Source: a virus (Duplodnaviria; Caudoviricetes). From it: 54,566 nucleotides of DNA. Shown here in pieces: positions 39,103-48,453 of this stretch (positions are counted from its first letter, which is position 1; every line of letters begins with the position of its first letter). Position numbers and translations under genes: made by a program. Below the pieces are notes generated by a model, which worked only from the letters and a program-made list of their open reading frames with translations, did not search any database and was not told the origin of the DNA. The stretch is from the IMG/VR virus record IMGVR_UViG_3300025168_000112, positions 1 through 54,566 of that record. One strand, 5' to 3'.

Positions 39103-40560
39103 TTAGCTAGCAGTACACTGAAGATCCAAGCTAGTGTCGAATCGTCCAAGTGAAATACCTGCTGTCTTAAGCATGTGAACTGAAGCACCATCTACATCAG
39201 ATGCTCTGCTCATATTAGCGTCAAATCCTCGTGGAACTACTGATCCGGCTACACACCATCTCAAGTATTCACGATTTTTCTTGTTGATCATTCGAAGGTT
39301 TGATACACCGTCATAAGAAGACTGGTCTACAAATACCATTCTGTAAGACTCAAGAGAGTATCCAGTTACTGGGTGAAGTGCACGTGCACGAGCAACAGGA
39401 CCGTGATCAAACAATGGCAACTTGATAACATTTACAGAATGTCCATCAATATGCTCGTAAGATTTAAAGTATCCTGTAAGACCTAGAGAACGACCTGATC
39501 CAGTAATGAATCGAGTTTCTCCGCTTACCTGCCAAGAGTTAGCAGCAGAACCAAAATGATTCTTAAGAGCCTCATCAAATTCTCGCATACCACCTGTACC
39601 AGTGTAAAGGTTTACTTGCTTCTTGTTAGCATCGGTCATACCATAGAAAAGGTCACCAATGATGTTTTTCAAGTGAGTCTCTGTAAGACTGGAATAAGTC
39701 TCTTGGTTGATAATTTGCTCAAGCAATCCTGGGCCGATAACAACTGGCTGACCGTTTTCGTCTTTCATGTTTACTACACCATCAGCACCATAAGTACGCT
39801 GACCATACCAGTAATACATTTCACACTCTTCTTTAAAAGAAAGCATGTGCTGATACTCTTCGTAATCCATCCAAAGTTTAGTAGTAGAACCACCTTTCTT
39901 TGGTAGAGTAAACTCAGCTACATAATCCTTAGCATTACCAGACATGTGGTAAGACTTACGAATTGTAGTAAGCTTGTTACGAACTTTACCAGGTGCTTGC
40001 CAGTTAGAAGCATTTCCACGAGAGAAATCAACTCCTACAGGAGCAAACAATTGAGCCCAAAGGTCTCCTGCTGTAAATCCAGAAGTAAGAACTGCTGCAC
40101 TGTCAGGGTTTACAAGTTGTACTCTGTATGTATAAGAACCGCCACCAATAGATTCAACTGGCTCTTCCATAATACGAACTTGCTCTCCTACTCCGTTCAC
40201 AAGAACGTAAGGAAATACAAACCATTTGTCTGGGAATACCAACTCAAAAGTAGCTCCTCCTTGACCTAGGTTAGACCCAGCGTTAGTTGTGTGCACAGGG
40301 CGAGTCATTAACTTACGAGTTTGAATACGATATTCGAACTCTAAATTGTCGATAGACTTTGCGTTACCCATCCCTTCAGAAAGAAAAGATAGTGGGAACC
40401 GCATGTCGTCCTTACCAGCCAAGTGTGTAATAATAGGTGAAAGCTCTGTTGGTGTATTTAACATAGCATTAGACAGACTATTCATGTCTGTCATTTGGGA
40501 ATCATTATAGATCGTCCTCTGTACTGAGATATTCGATCCTCCGATAGTAGATGAAATCAT
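39103..40560 (-). CDS. Major capsid protein (crAss-type)
   Basis: 485 aa. FPDKWF, RIMEEP...YTYRVQL, RNKLTTIRKSY.MSG, ECEMYYWYG, IGPGLLEQI, YTGTGGMREFD, IDGHSVNVIKLPLFD; position after scaffold-like gene; tandem TAA TAG stops. Confidence 0.9.
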   Translation of the reverse strand: MISSTIGGSNISVQRTIYNDSQMTDMNSLSNAMLNTPTELSPIITHLAGKDDMRFPLSFLSEGMGNAKSIDNLEFEYRIQTRKLMTRPVHTTNAGSNLGQGGATFELVFPDKWFVFPYVLVNGVGEQVRIMEEPVESIGGGSYTYRVQLVNPDSAAVLTSGFTAGDLWAQLFAPVGVDFSRGNASNWQAPGKVRNKLTTIRKSYHMSGNAKDYVAEFTLPKKGGSTTKLWMDYEEYQHMLSFKEECEMYYWYGQRTYGADGVVNMKDENGQPVVIGPGLLEQIINQETYSSLTETHLKNIIGDLFYGMTDANKKQVNLYTGTGGMREFDEALKNHFGSAANSWQVSGETRFITGSGRSLGLTGYFKSYEHIDGHSVNVIKLPLFDHGPVARARALHPVTGYSLESYRMVFVDQSSYDGVSNLRMINKKNREYLRWCVAGSVVPRGFDANMSRASDVDGASVHMLKTAGISLGRFDTSLDLQCTAS

Positions 40561-40587
40561 TTGTTATTAATTTATAGTTTTTACTTA

Positions 40588-41676
40588 TTAAAATAGTCCG
40601 CCAACATCCAAGTCATCAAACTGAGAGTTTCCTCCCCCTTTATAATTTGGATTTGACTTTCCCCCTTTCACCTTCCCTGTGCTATTGGATTTAAGACGAT
40701 TTTTTAATGATTTAGCCGCCTCAGTTTTACCTTTAGTATTAATAAATTTTGCAAAGTCTTTCTTATATAAGAAATAGTCTGCAGCAAGTTTTTGATCTAA
40801 ACTCATTTTTTCTGTATCTAAATCCCTTTGTGTTCTACCATCTTTGGTAACTGGATCTGATATATAAGAAATGAATTTAGATTTGTCTCTTTCTGAAATA
40901 GGTAATCCAGAAAGATTAGAAGAAGACTTAACAGTTTCTTTTACGTTATTCCAAACTTGTTCAGATTCTTCTCTTTGTTTCTCTGCAAAAGAACGTTGCT
41001 CTTCAAGCATTCTATCTTGCTTTTGTTTTTGTGCTCCGGCAAGCGCTTCTTTAGCTTGATTTGCTTTTTGAAAAAGTGCATTTTTATCTTCATATGCTTC
41101 TATCATATCTCCAATAAAAGCTTTATCGTCTCCTCGTGCTACAAAGTAATCTGTAAGAATCTTTTTTTGAGACTCTTTATCATCTTCTCTCACTTCTACA
41201 GATTCATAATCTGTTTCTTTTTGAGAGTCTATAAATTGATTGGCGTTTCCACCATTCATTACAAAATCAAGATGTCTTTTTACAGATGGATGTGCATTAA
41301 AAATAGAATCTAAAGTTTCTTCAGCCATTTTTTCACTTACGTTTTTAGTAAGCTCTACAATGCCTTCAGTAGAATCTTCAAAGTCCCCGTCTATTTCATA
41401 ACCTAGTTTTGAAATTATTTCAGACACTACAGAGGAATCTTCTTCTTTAGCTTCCTCTGTAATAGGTTCTTCTACTGTAGGCTCTGGCTCTGAAGCTTCT
41501 AAAGTTTCGGGTTTATCTATGTCTTTTAGATCTTCCTTAGCCTCTGTTGTTTCTACAGTTTCTTTTGTTTCTTCTGTTTCCTCAATCTTTTCTGGAGCTT
41601 CTACAGTATCTTCAATAGATGCTATATCAAACTCAATGTCTAGACCGTCGTTATCAGATGTTTCTTTCCCTTCCAT
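40588..41676 (-). CDS. Acidic scaffold-like protein
   Basis: 362 aa, very Glu/Asp-rich N-terminus and coiled coil, directly upstream of MCP. Confidence 0.68.
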   Translation of the reverse strand: MEGKETSDNDGLDIEFDIASIEDTVEAPEKIEETEETKETVETTEAKEDLKDIDKPETLEASEPEPTVEEPITEEAKEEDSSVVSEIISKLGYEIDGDFEDSTEGIVELTKNVSEKMAEETLDSIFNAHPSVKRHLDFVMNGGNANQFIDSQKETDYESVEVREDDKESQKKILTDYFVARGDDKAFIGDMIEAYEDKNALFQKANQAKEALAGAQKQKQDRMLEEQRSFAEKQREESEQVWNNVKETVKSSSNLSGLPISERDKSKFISYISDPVTKDGRTQRDLDTEKMSLDQKLAADYFLYKKDFAKFINTKGKTEAAKSLKNRLKSNSTGKVKGGKSNPNYKGGGNSQFDDLDVGGLF

Positions 41677-41681
41677 GGATA

Positions 41682-41689
41682 CAAATTTA
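41682..41689 (-). promoter_or_regulatory. Bacteroidota -7 promoter element TAAATTTG upstream of scaffold/MCP
   Basis: TAnnTTTG match ending 5 nt before the ATG at 41676; no -33 TTTG at canonical spacing. Confidence 0.62.
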
Positions 41690-41758
41690 AAGTGTGTAAT
41701 TGAATATATAATATGTTGATATGATTTCGAGTGATGCTTTTATATTATGTCACTTATT

Positions 41759-44700
41759 TTATTTAGGATTGTAAACAATATTATAACCAGACCCTATTTC
41801 ATTTTCAAAACTTCCTGAACTATAGTCTATAAAGTCTTTTTCAGTAAGACCTTCTTTGTTTACAGCTATCATATTAAATCTTCCTGTATCAAGAGTTATG
41901 TACTTAGCGTCTTTATACTGTTTTTTAAATTTTTGAGATTCTTCACGCATTCCGTCTTTGTCATAGCCAAATAAAAATCGTTTTTGACCTGTAGAAGGAG
42001 AGTAAATTATCATTTTTCCACTAGCAGAATTAGTATATGCCGCTTCACCCTCTTTAGTTAACATTGGTGTAACTTCTTTAGAAGTCCGTTGTGTTCTACC
42101 GGCTGCAGAAACTTGCTTATTATAATACATAGTTTCTGATTTAGGTAGCTTTCCTTCTTTGTATAAATCGTAATCACCTCCCCACCTAATAGGCACAATA
42201 ACATCTTTATCAGAAAACTCATTTATTTTACCCACTTTAAATTCATTATTTACTATTCCGTAGTACTCTTGCTTTTCTGGATTAATATTTATTTTTTTTC
42301 CTTGACCCTCAAATCTTTGTGCCCCAGGTTTTTTATACTCAGACGCAAGTAATGCTGTAGGCTCATCCTCTAAAAAGTCTCCACCTAATATAGCTTTTCC
42401 TTCTACCTGCTCTCCTGCCCTTGCAAAAGATAAGTTTGGACCAGATATATCAAGAGTAAAAGGCTTTTTTGTAGTAGTGCCTCGATATATATTATTATGT
42501 TGAGCATTTCTTTTTGCTTCTTGTCTATTTTGATACAAGATCATACTAGGATCAAAATTACCTAGTTTTCTTTTTATAGTGGCAGTTGGAAGCGCATCTA
42601 ACCCTGTTCTATCAAATGTTTTTATTAAATCTGGATTTTGAGAGTGTATTTTATATTCATCTACATACCTTTTTACTGCAGGCGATGTTGAAATATATCC
42701 TGGATTATCTATATATTTTTGAACTTTTCCTTTTAAAGTATCTGGTTTTTTACCTGTTACAACCATTTCTGGTTGAGAATAAAGAGTTTCAAATACTTGC
42801 TCTCCTTCTGCAGTAAGATTTTTAGGATTTGTTTCTAATACAGTTCCTTTTTTTGGGCCCGCATCTTGATATTTTGGTAAATAACCCCCCATCCTAAGTT
42901 CTGGTAACGGTGCTAAAGCATTGTCTGTATTAGCAGGAATTTCTTCAAAGTCTCCTATAGGAGGTGGGGGTGTAAGAACACTGTCTGCAGGGGCAATTGT
43001 CCCAGATAGATACTCCTCTGCAAGTTCTTCAAGTGTTTTTGTTCCACCATTCTCTATAAGCTCTTCACTTAAAAGAAGTTCTGACATTACTTCATCAGGG
43101 ATTTGAGCTGCTATTTCAGGATTTACATCTGCCCATTGTCTAGCTACCTGTAAAGAGTCAGCTATATTAGGAGCTATCTGGCTACCTAATCCTTCTAACT
43201 CTGTCCCACTTAAAAGTTCTTTTATTTCTCTTCTGTTTATTGAAGGTATACTGTCTTCAGGTAAGTTAAATGTTTCGGAGAGATCTACAGTATCTGATAT
43301 TGCTTTACCGCTTTTTGCAATTGCCTTTCTTATTTCTTCTGGTGTAGAATTTATTACATCTATATCTTTGGATTCAGGCATTTCTATTTTAACATCTCCT
43401 ATAGTGCCTATTCTAAACATCTCATGCAGCTGTCTATTTGCTTCTGCTCCTCTAGCTGATACTAAAGGCGTAGTGTCTATTTCAGGTGTTTGAATAGATG
43501 CTGTAGGGAAACTCATATCAGGAGCAGAAACTCCAATGTTTGATATGGGAGAGGTTATAGGTTGTCTAGGCATACTTACACTTGGAGAAGATGGAATACT
43601 CATACCAGTGCTTGGGCTTGGCATACTTACACCTCTTTCAGGCATATTCATATTTGGTGCAGACATATCTACTCCTCTAGTAGGCATTCTAGACATTCCT
43701 GGTGCAGAAGGCGCAGGAGACAGTGATGGTCTTGAAGGTGAACTGATATTAGGTGTAGGCACACTAACACCACTTGATCTACTACTACTTGAGCTGCTTC
43801 TACCTCCACTAGATCCAGATGATTTAAAAAAATCTTGAACCTCTTGCCCAAACTCTTTTCTAGATTGAGCTCGCTCTTCACCTGCAGTTTTAGGTATTTG
43901 AGCAGTGTACCCAATTCTTTCTGCTTCTGTGTGATCTTTCTTTATTCCCTCATAATCTATTTCAAGAGCTAAAGCAAAGTCCTGTGCTAAATTAGTGTAA
44001 GAGCCTCTATCTAAATGTAAGTTTCTATAAATCTCAATTCCACCATCTATATCTGCTTTACCGTCTTTTACAAACTCATTTTCAAAAATTGCATCTATAC
44101 CTTTGTTGTGAGCTTTAAATATTAAATTTCTTTTAGTAAGAGTATCTAATGTATTCCATCTGCCCTCTCCCATACCAGCCTTAAGTAGCTGTATGTTTTT
44201 AGCTGTTAAAAGCATTGTTGCAGGAGCAGCGATAGAAGGATCATATATTGTTTCTGGATTTATACCATATCTTTTTTGGTAAGCTTTTCCTTCTTTACTA
44301 GCATACCATGATTTTGTTATAGAGCCTGACTCCATTTTAATTTGGGAGGGACCTTCACTTAAAGGATCAAAATTAAATATTTCATCTGCCAATTCTTTTC
44401 CAACTAACCACCTAGGAATATGTTCAAAGTCTTTAAATGTGTTTTTATAAGACCTGTACATTTTTCTTTTGACTACTCTTTCTTTGTATGCATCTATATC
44501 CATATCTGCAAAAGAACTTTCTTTTCCAAAAATGGCAAACGCAGAAGGCAATATAAGATTTTGCATATCTTCATCTGAGATATTAAAATCTTTCTGCACG
44601 TTAGGAGCATAAAATTCTAAACCTTTTAAAAACCCCCTACTATTCTTAACATATTTTCCTTTTATATTTTGCCACCTATTTAGAGTTTCTGGTGACATAT

Positions 44701-45745
44701 CTTGAGGAGTTCTAATGCCTGTAACTGATTTTATCTGTTGAGGGGCATCTGAAATTCTAATATTCCTAGTTACCTCCGTAAAAGCCGGCCTTACAATACC
44801 AGATACAAAATACCTTGGGTCTGTTCCTTTCCCAGTGCCATTTGCTTTTAAAATATCTTCAAATGGTTCAGTTTGCCAAGTACCGTAAATATTATGAGTT
44901 ATAAATTTATCTCCGTCTTCATCTTCTGTTACTTGACCTACATGCGTAGTATGAACATCTCCTGTACCCATTTTATTAGCTTCAGCTTGATATTTTGATC
45001 CGTGGTAGTACATTTCTACAACATCTCCTACCATTATATTATTTAACACTAAATCTAGGTCTTCTAACTTTCTTCTCTCTGTCATATTTCTTCTAAGATT
45101 GCTAGTATTTTTTCCGTGCAATCCATAAATTCTTTGTCCTCCAGAGTCTATTATATTTTGTCCTATAGTCCAACCATTTCCGTTAATACCTAAAATTGTT
45201 TTTTCAGCACCTGAGATGTAATTTTCAATAGTAGGATCCATAAAATTCCACTGTGTTCCTGCAGAACATTGAATTACATTTTTACCCCCGTACATACACT
45301 GAGTCTTGTGTTCTTTAAAGCCGTTAGGAAGTTCTTCTTGTATTACTTTATCTATATATTGTTGATAAGGTATTTGCTCCTCTGACACATTAGCTTGAGA
45401 CTCTAAAAAAATAGATTGTCCGGTTGGAAATTTACCATGCTTAGAAAAATACTCTACAGGATTTAAATGTCTATCCGCCTCTTGATCAAAAAGAACACTT
45501 GCAGCATCTACTATAGGGGTGTCTACATTAGTAGTTTCAACAGCGGTAGTTTGCGTAAGAGCATTAAGATCTACCCCTTCAAAATCATAAGAAGTTTCTG
45601 GTTTCTGAGGAGCAGGTTCTGTTTCTAATTCAGAAAGTGATTCTGTATTTATAGATGCAAGCTCTTCGTTCGTATATCCATCTGGAGATGCAAGAGGAGC
45701 AAGTGTTCCTAATTGATATTTTGGTAAGAGCTTTTTGTATTTCAT
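41759..45745 (-). CDS. Multidomain virion-associated peptidoglycan hydrolase: NlpC/P60-CHAP-like peptidase, lytic transglycosylase-like domain, Ser/Pro linker and unknown C-terminal module
   Basis: 1328 aa. QCSAG...GNGWT...VGDVV...THVGQV...ITHN (Cys-His papain-like); FGKESSF...GPSQIK...IYDPSIAAPAT...AHNKG (SLT motifs I-III); two LPKY motifs. Confidence 0.72.
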   Translation of the reverse strand: MKYKKLLPKYQLGTLAPLASPDGYTNEELASINTESLSELETEPAPQKPETSYDFEGVDLNALTQTTAVETTNVDTPIVDAASVLFDQEADRHLNPVEYFSKHGKFPTGQSIFLESQANVSEEQIPYQQYIDKVIQEELPNGFKEHKTQCMYGGKNVIQCSAGTQWNFMDPTIENYISGAEKTILGINGNGWTIGQNIIDSGGQRIYGLHGKNTSNLRRNMTERRKLEDLDLVLNNIMVGDVVEMYYHGSKYQAEANKMGTGDVHTTHVGQVTEDEDGDKFITHNIYGTWQTEPFEDILKANGTGKGTDPRYFVSGIVRPAFTEVTRNIRISDAPQQIKSVTGIRTPQDMSPETLNRWQNIKGKYVKNSRGFLKGLEFYAPNVQKDFNISDEDMQNLILPSAFAIFGKESSFADMDIDAYKERVVKRKMYRSYKNTFKDFEHIPRWLVGKELADEIFNFDPLSEGPSQIKMESGSITKSWYASKEGKAYQKRYGINPETIYDPSIAAPATMLLTAKNIQLLKAGMGEGRWNTLDTLTKRNLIFKAHNKGIDAIFENEFVKDGKADIDGGIEIYRNLHLDRGSYTNLAQDFALALEIDYEGIKKDHTEAERIGYTAQIPKTAGEERAQSRKEFGQEVQDFFKSSGSSGGRSSSSSSRSSGVSVPTPNISSPSRPSLSPAPSAPGMSRMPTRGVDMSAPNMNMPERGVSMPSPSTGMSIPSSPSVSMPRQPITSPISNIGVSAPDMSFPTASIQTPEIDTTPLVSARGAEANRQLHEMFRIGTIGDVKIEMPESKDIDVINSTPEEIRKAIAKSGKAISDTVDLSETFNLPEDSIPSINRREIKELLSGTELEGLGSQIAPNIADSLQVARQWADVNPEIAAQIPDEVMSELLLSEELIENGGTKTLEELAEEYLSGTIAPADSVLTPPPPIGDFEEIPANTDNALAPLPELRMGGYLPKYQDAGPKKGTVLETNPKNLTAEGEQVFETLYSQPEMVVTGKKPDTLKGKVQKYIDNPGYISTSPAVKRYVDEYKIHSQNPDLIKTFDRTGLDALPTATIKRKLGNFDPSMILYQNRQEAKRNAQHNNIYRGTTTKKPFTLDISGPNLSFARAGEQVEGKAILGGDFLEDEPTALLASEYKKPGAQRFEGQGKKININPEKQEYYGIVNNEFKVGKINEFSDKDVIVPIRWGGDYDLYKEGKLPKSETMYYNKQVSAAGRTQRTSKEVTPMLTKEGEAAYTNSASGKMIIYSPSTGQKRFLFGYDKDGMREESQKFKKQYKDAKYITLDTGRFNMIAVNKEGLTEKDFIDYSSGSFENEIGSGYNIVYNPK

Positions 45746-46155
45746 CGCTTTCTTTTATAATTTCTCATATTCTCTGCTATAATAGACTTGTAACTTCCTC
45801 CAAAGTCTGCCATAGGTAATGAAGGAGTTTCTAAAACATCTACACCTTCTCCAGTATTTACTAATTCTCCTGGCTGTACATTAGGTATGTGAGAGGCTAC
45901 TAATCCAGTTTGTTGATCTATAGTAGTAAGATCTATAGGACCATCTTGAGCTCCCCGTATACTTTCAGCTCCAGGTATAATCATAGGTCTAAGACCTTGT
46001 CCGTCGTCTAAACCTACCTCTGCCTCTTGCTGCGTTCCCGCTACTTCTGCTTGAGCCATTTGCTGCTCTGCAATCATTTGCTTTTCAATTTCAGGTCCCA
46101 TAGGCCCTCTATGATGATTTGCATAGAGTTGCTTCATTACGTCAATAGCTTCCAT
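45742..46155 (-). CDS. Small putative virion protein downstream of portal
   Basis: 137 aa, translationally coupled on both sides (TAATG, ATGA); ends ...VLETPSLPMADFGGSYK. Confidence 0.6.
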   Translation of the reverse strand: MEAIDVMKQLYANHHRGPMGPEIEKQMIAEQQMAQAEVAGTQQEAEVGLDDGQGLRPMIIPGAESIRGAQDGPIDLTTIDQQTGLVASHIPNVQPGELVNTGEGVDVLETPSLPMADFGGSYKSIIAENMRNYKRKR

Positions 46156-48401
46156 TATTTCTCAGATTTTTTATCAGAGGCTTTTTTAGCAGTTACTGCT
46201 CTGTTTTTAATTACCTCGTCAGATTTATTACTTCTTTCAGATTCTGATTGAGCTCTTTCTTTTAAAGCCATTTCTCTTGGATCTGTAAGCGGTGTATTAT
46301 TACTAGCCATGTTTATGTCCATCTCTTTAAGTCGAACTTTTAACATCCTTTCTTTTTCTCCTTCAGATGCTGTAAGCATTCTTTCTTTTTCGCTAGACAT
46401 CATAAGATCTTCATGCTTTTGCTGTTCCATTTCAGCTTGAGCTTGTTCAGCTTGTTGTTGTGCTTCAGACTGAGCTGCTTGAAGTTCTTGCATTGAAGCC
46501 TCAGCTGCTTTTACTTTACCTTTTAATTCTACAAAATTTTCTCCTTCTAAAGTTTCTAGTATAGTAGAAAAAGGAACACCATTCTGCGCAAGAGCCTGTG
46601 TCATTTCTCTTGCAGCATTCATTTTCTCTACATCTTTTGTAGCATCAGATACAAATATTCCTAAATCAGAATTTATCCATGTATCAGGGTCAACAGTAAA
46701 ATACTCTATTGCACCATCAGGTAAAAAGTTAGATGCTTTTTTACCATCCATCCAAGCATATTTAGAAAGGTCTATAAAAGTTTGAAGATCTCTTTTTTCT
46801 AATCCTGCAAACTTTCTGTAAAGGTCTTCTGTAGTATGAGAGGATTGTACAATAGCTTGTTGACCCATTGCCTTACCTTGGTACTGACCAACCTCCCCTC
46901 TACGCTGTCTGTTTACACCTGAAACATTTTCCCACTCCATTTGTATATGCTCCAAAAGTGTAATATACAATTGAATTGTTTTCACACTAAGATCCATTAC
47001 AGTCTGGTGCTGTGGGGAAAGTTTTACTCCTTCTTTGTCATAATCTACCCAGGCAATACCAGTTCCTTCTACAAAGTACATGAACTTATCCATATCCCAC
47101 TTCTTAGGAATAAGGTTTATATCTAACTGTGCTATAATATCTTTAGATCGTGCAATAGACGTTTCTAATCTGTATTTATAGATGTTATAGTTAAGTTGAA
47201 AAGGTATTCCTAGCATAACTAGAGATATATTACTTGTATTTATATCAGAATACTTGCGACCATTTATAGGTAGCTTTATTTTTGAAGGATTATCTATAGA
47301 AGATTTAAACTCCTCTATAGGTTTTACATCTACATCAAAATCTTCATTTATTCTTATTCCTTGCCAAGGTTCGTTGTGCCATTCCCATTCTACTTTAGCA
47401 CCAATTTCTTTTAACTCTGGAGGCATCACAAAGCCGTCTTCTACCTCCATCATTTCTTCTGACATTGTATTAGGGTCTAAATAGCTTAAGAATCCTATAC
47501 GTTTTAAAGACTGCCAGTATACATGCTGTACTTTAATAAGTCTACTCTCTACATCCTCTCTTCTATCTTCAAAAAATAATAAGTTAGTATCAAAAGAACT
47601 GTCCGTGTACAAGGCTTCCATTTGTTCTTTACTTAAAAACCTACCAAAGTTTTTAATTATTTGTGAAGGACCCATGTATTTAGTTACAATTGCCCAGTCT
47701 GAGTCTTCTACGTAATCTAAGTCCGGATCTAAATCATAGTCTACATCTAACGGGTTTAATATTTCGTAAGAAACATCATTGTTTACTACAGATCTAAGTG
47801 TGTAAGCTTCTCCTGCAACTAAAAAGTGAAACCAAGCTTTTTGTAGTTTTTCATGTACGTCTTGCTGGGCCATTATGTAGTTAAGACTTTTTTGACCTAT
47901 AACAGCAAAGTTGTCTACATAAGACCTTTCAAACATTGCTTGTAAATTTTCAGATGTAGGAATAGGCTCAGACTGTTGTCCTGTTTCCATGCCCATTTCG
48001 TTCATCTCATTTGCAAGTCCTTGTTGAATTGTCTTAGCTATAAACTCATGTTTAGATTTTTCTTTTCTATCTACAGCATCCCCATTTACTGCAACTACAC
48101 TATAATTAAAAGGCCTTTTAGCCTTTTCTCCAAGCAGGAGATCTATAGTTGGTTTTATAAGTGGGTAATTTCTTAGTTTAGAAGGAAAGTTTTTCCTAGA
48201 CTTTCCATAAGGGCGCAATATGTAATCATAATCTTCATCATGAATTACACCGTTATAATAGTCGTAAAGTCTCCTTATACTTCTTTTTCTCTCGCTATAA
48301 TTAGCGTCAGATAATGAGATATAGCCATCTATGCAGTCTTTCTGCCACTTTTTGTTCTTTTGCGAACGGGCTATTCTTTGGTTTGGTATGTTACTATACA
48401 T
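46155..48401 (-). CDS. Portal protein
   Basis: 748 aa. YDYYNG, NYPLIKPTIDLLLGE, VYWQSLKRIG, PFQLNYNI, SGVNRQRRG, C-terminal Gln/Glu coiled coil; follows TerL. Confidence 0.9.
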   Translation of the reverse strand: MYSNIPNQRIARSQKNKKWQKDCIDGYISLSDANYSERKRSIRRLYDYYNGVIHDEDYDYILRPYGKSRKNFPSKLRNYPLIKPTIDLLLGEKAKRPFNYSVVAVNGDAVDRKEKSKHEFIAKTIQQGLANEMNEMGMETGQQSEPIPTSENLQAMFERSYVDNFAVIGQKSLNYIMAQQDVHEKLQKAWFHFLVAGEAYTLRSVVNNDVSYEILNPLDVDYDLDPDLDYVEDSDWAIVTKYMGPSQIIKNFGRFLSKEQMEALYTDSSFDTNLLFFEDRREDVESRLIKVQHVYWQSLKRIGFLSYLDPNTMSEEMMEVEDGFVMPPELKEIGAKVEWEWHNEPWQGIRINEDFDVDVKPIEEFKSSIDNPSKIKLPINGRKYSDINTSNISLVMLGIPFQLNYNIYKYRLETSIARSKDIIAQLDINLIPKKWDMDKFMYFVEGTGIAWVDYDKEGVKLSPQHQTVMDLSVKTIQLYITLLEHIQMEWENVSGVNRQRRGEVGQYQGKAMGQQAIVQSSHTTEDLYRKFAGLEKRDLQTFIDLSKYAWMDGKKASNFLPDGAIEYFTVDPDTWINSDLGIFVSDATKDVEKMNAAREMTQALAQNGVPFSTILETLEGENFVELKGKVKAAEASMQELQAAQSEAQQQAEQAQAEMEQQKHEDLMMSSEKERMLTASEGEKERMLKVRLKEMDINMASNNTPLTDPREMALKERAQSESERSNKSDEVIKNRAVTAKKASDKKSEK

Positions 48402-48421
48402 GTTCTTAGGTCAAAGTCATT

Positions 48422-48453
48422 CAAAGATACCATTTCTCCTTAATGATATCAAA
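48422..48453 (-). promoter_or_regulatory. Complete Bacteroidota sigma70 promoter (TTTG-N20-TATCTTTG) upstream of portal
   Basis: -33 TTTG at 48453-48450, 20-nt spacer, -7 TATCTTTG at 48429-48422. Confidence 0.78.

Noticed and set aside
40588-40680. VKGG / YKGG / VGG at the scaffold C-terminus and IGG at the MCP N-terminus as members of the cargo tag family
   Set aside because: They lack the LPKY or KYGG context and Gly-Gly is common; cannot be supported without proteomics.
48371-48442. Shine-Dalgarno-like TAAGGAG with nearby ATG (short ORF upstream of portal)
   Set aside because: Only 2 nt from that ATG, about 35 nt from the portal start, and inside the promoter spacer; other genes here lack SD sites.
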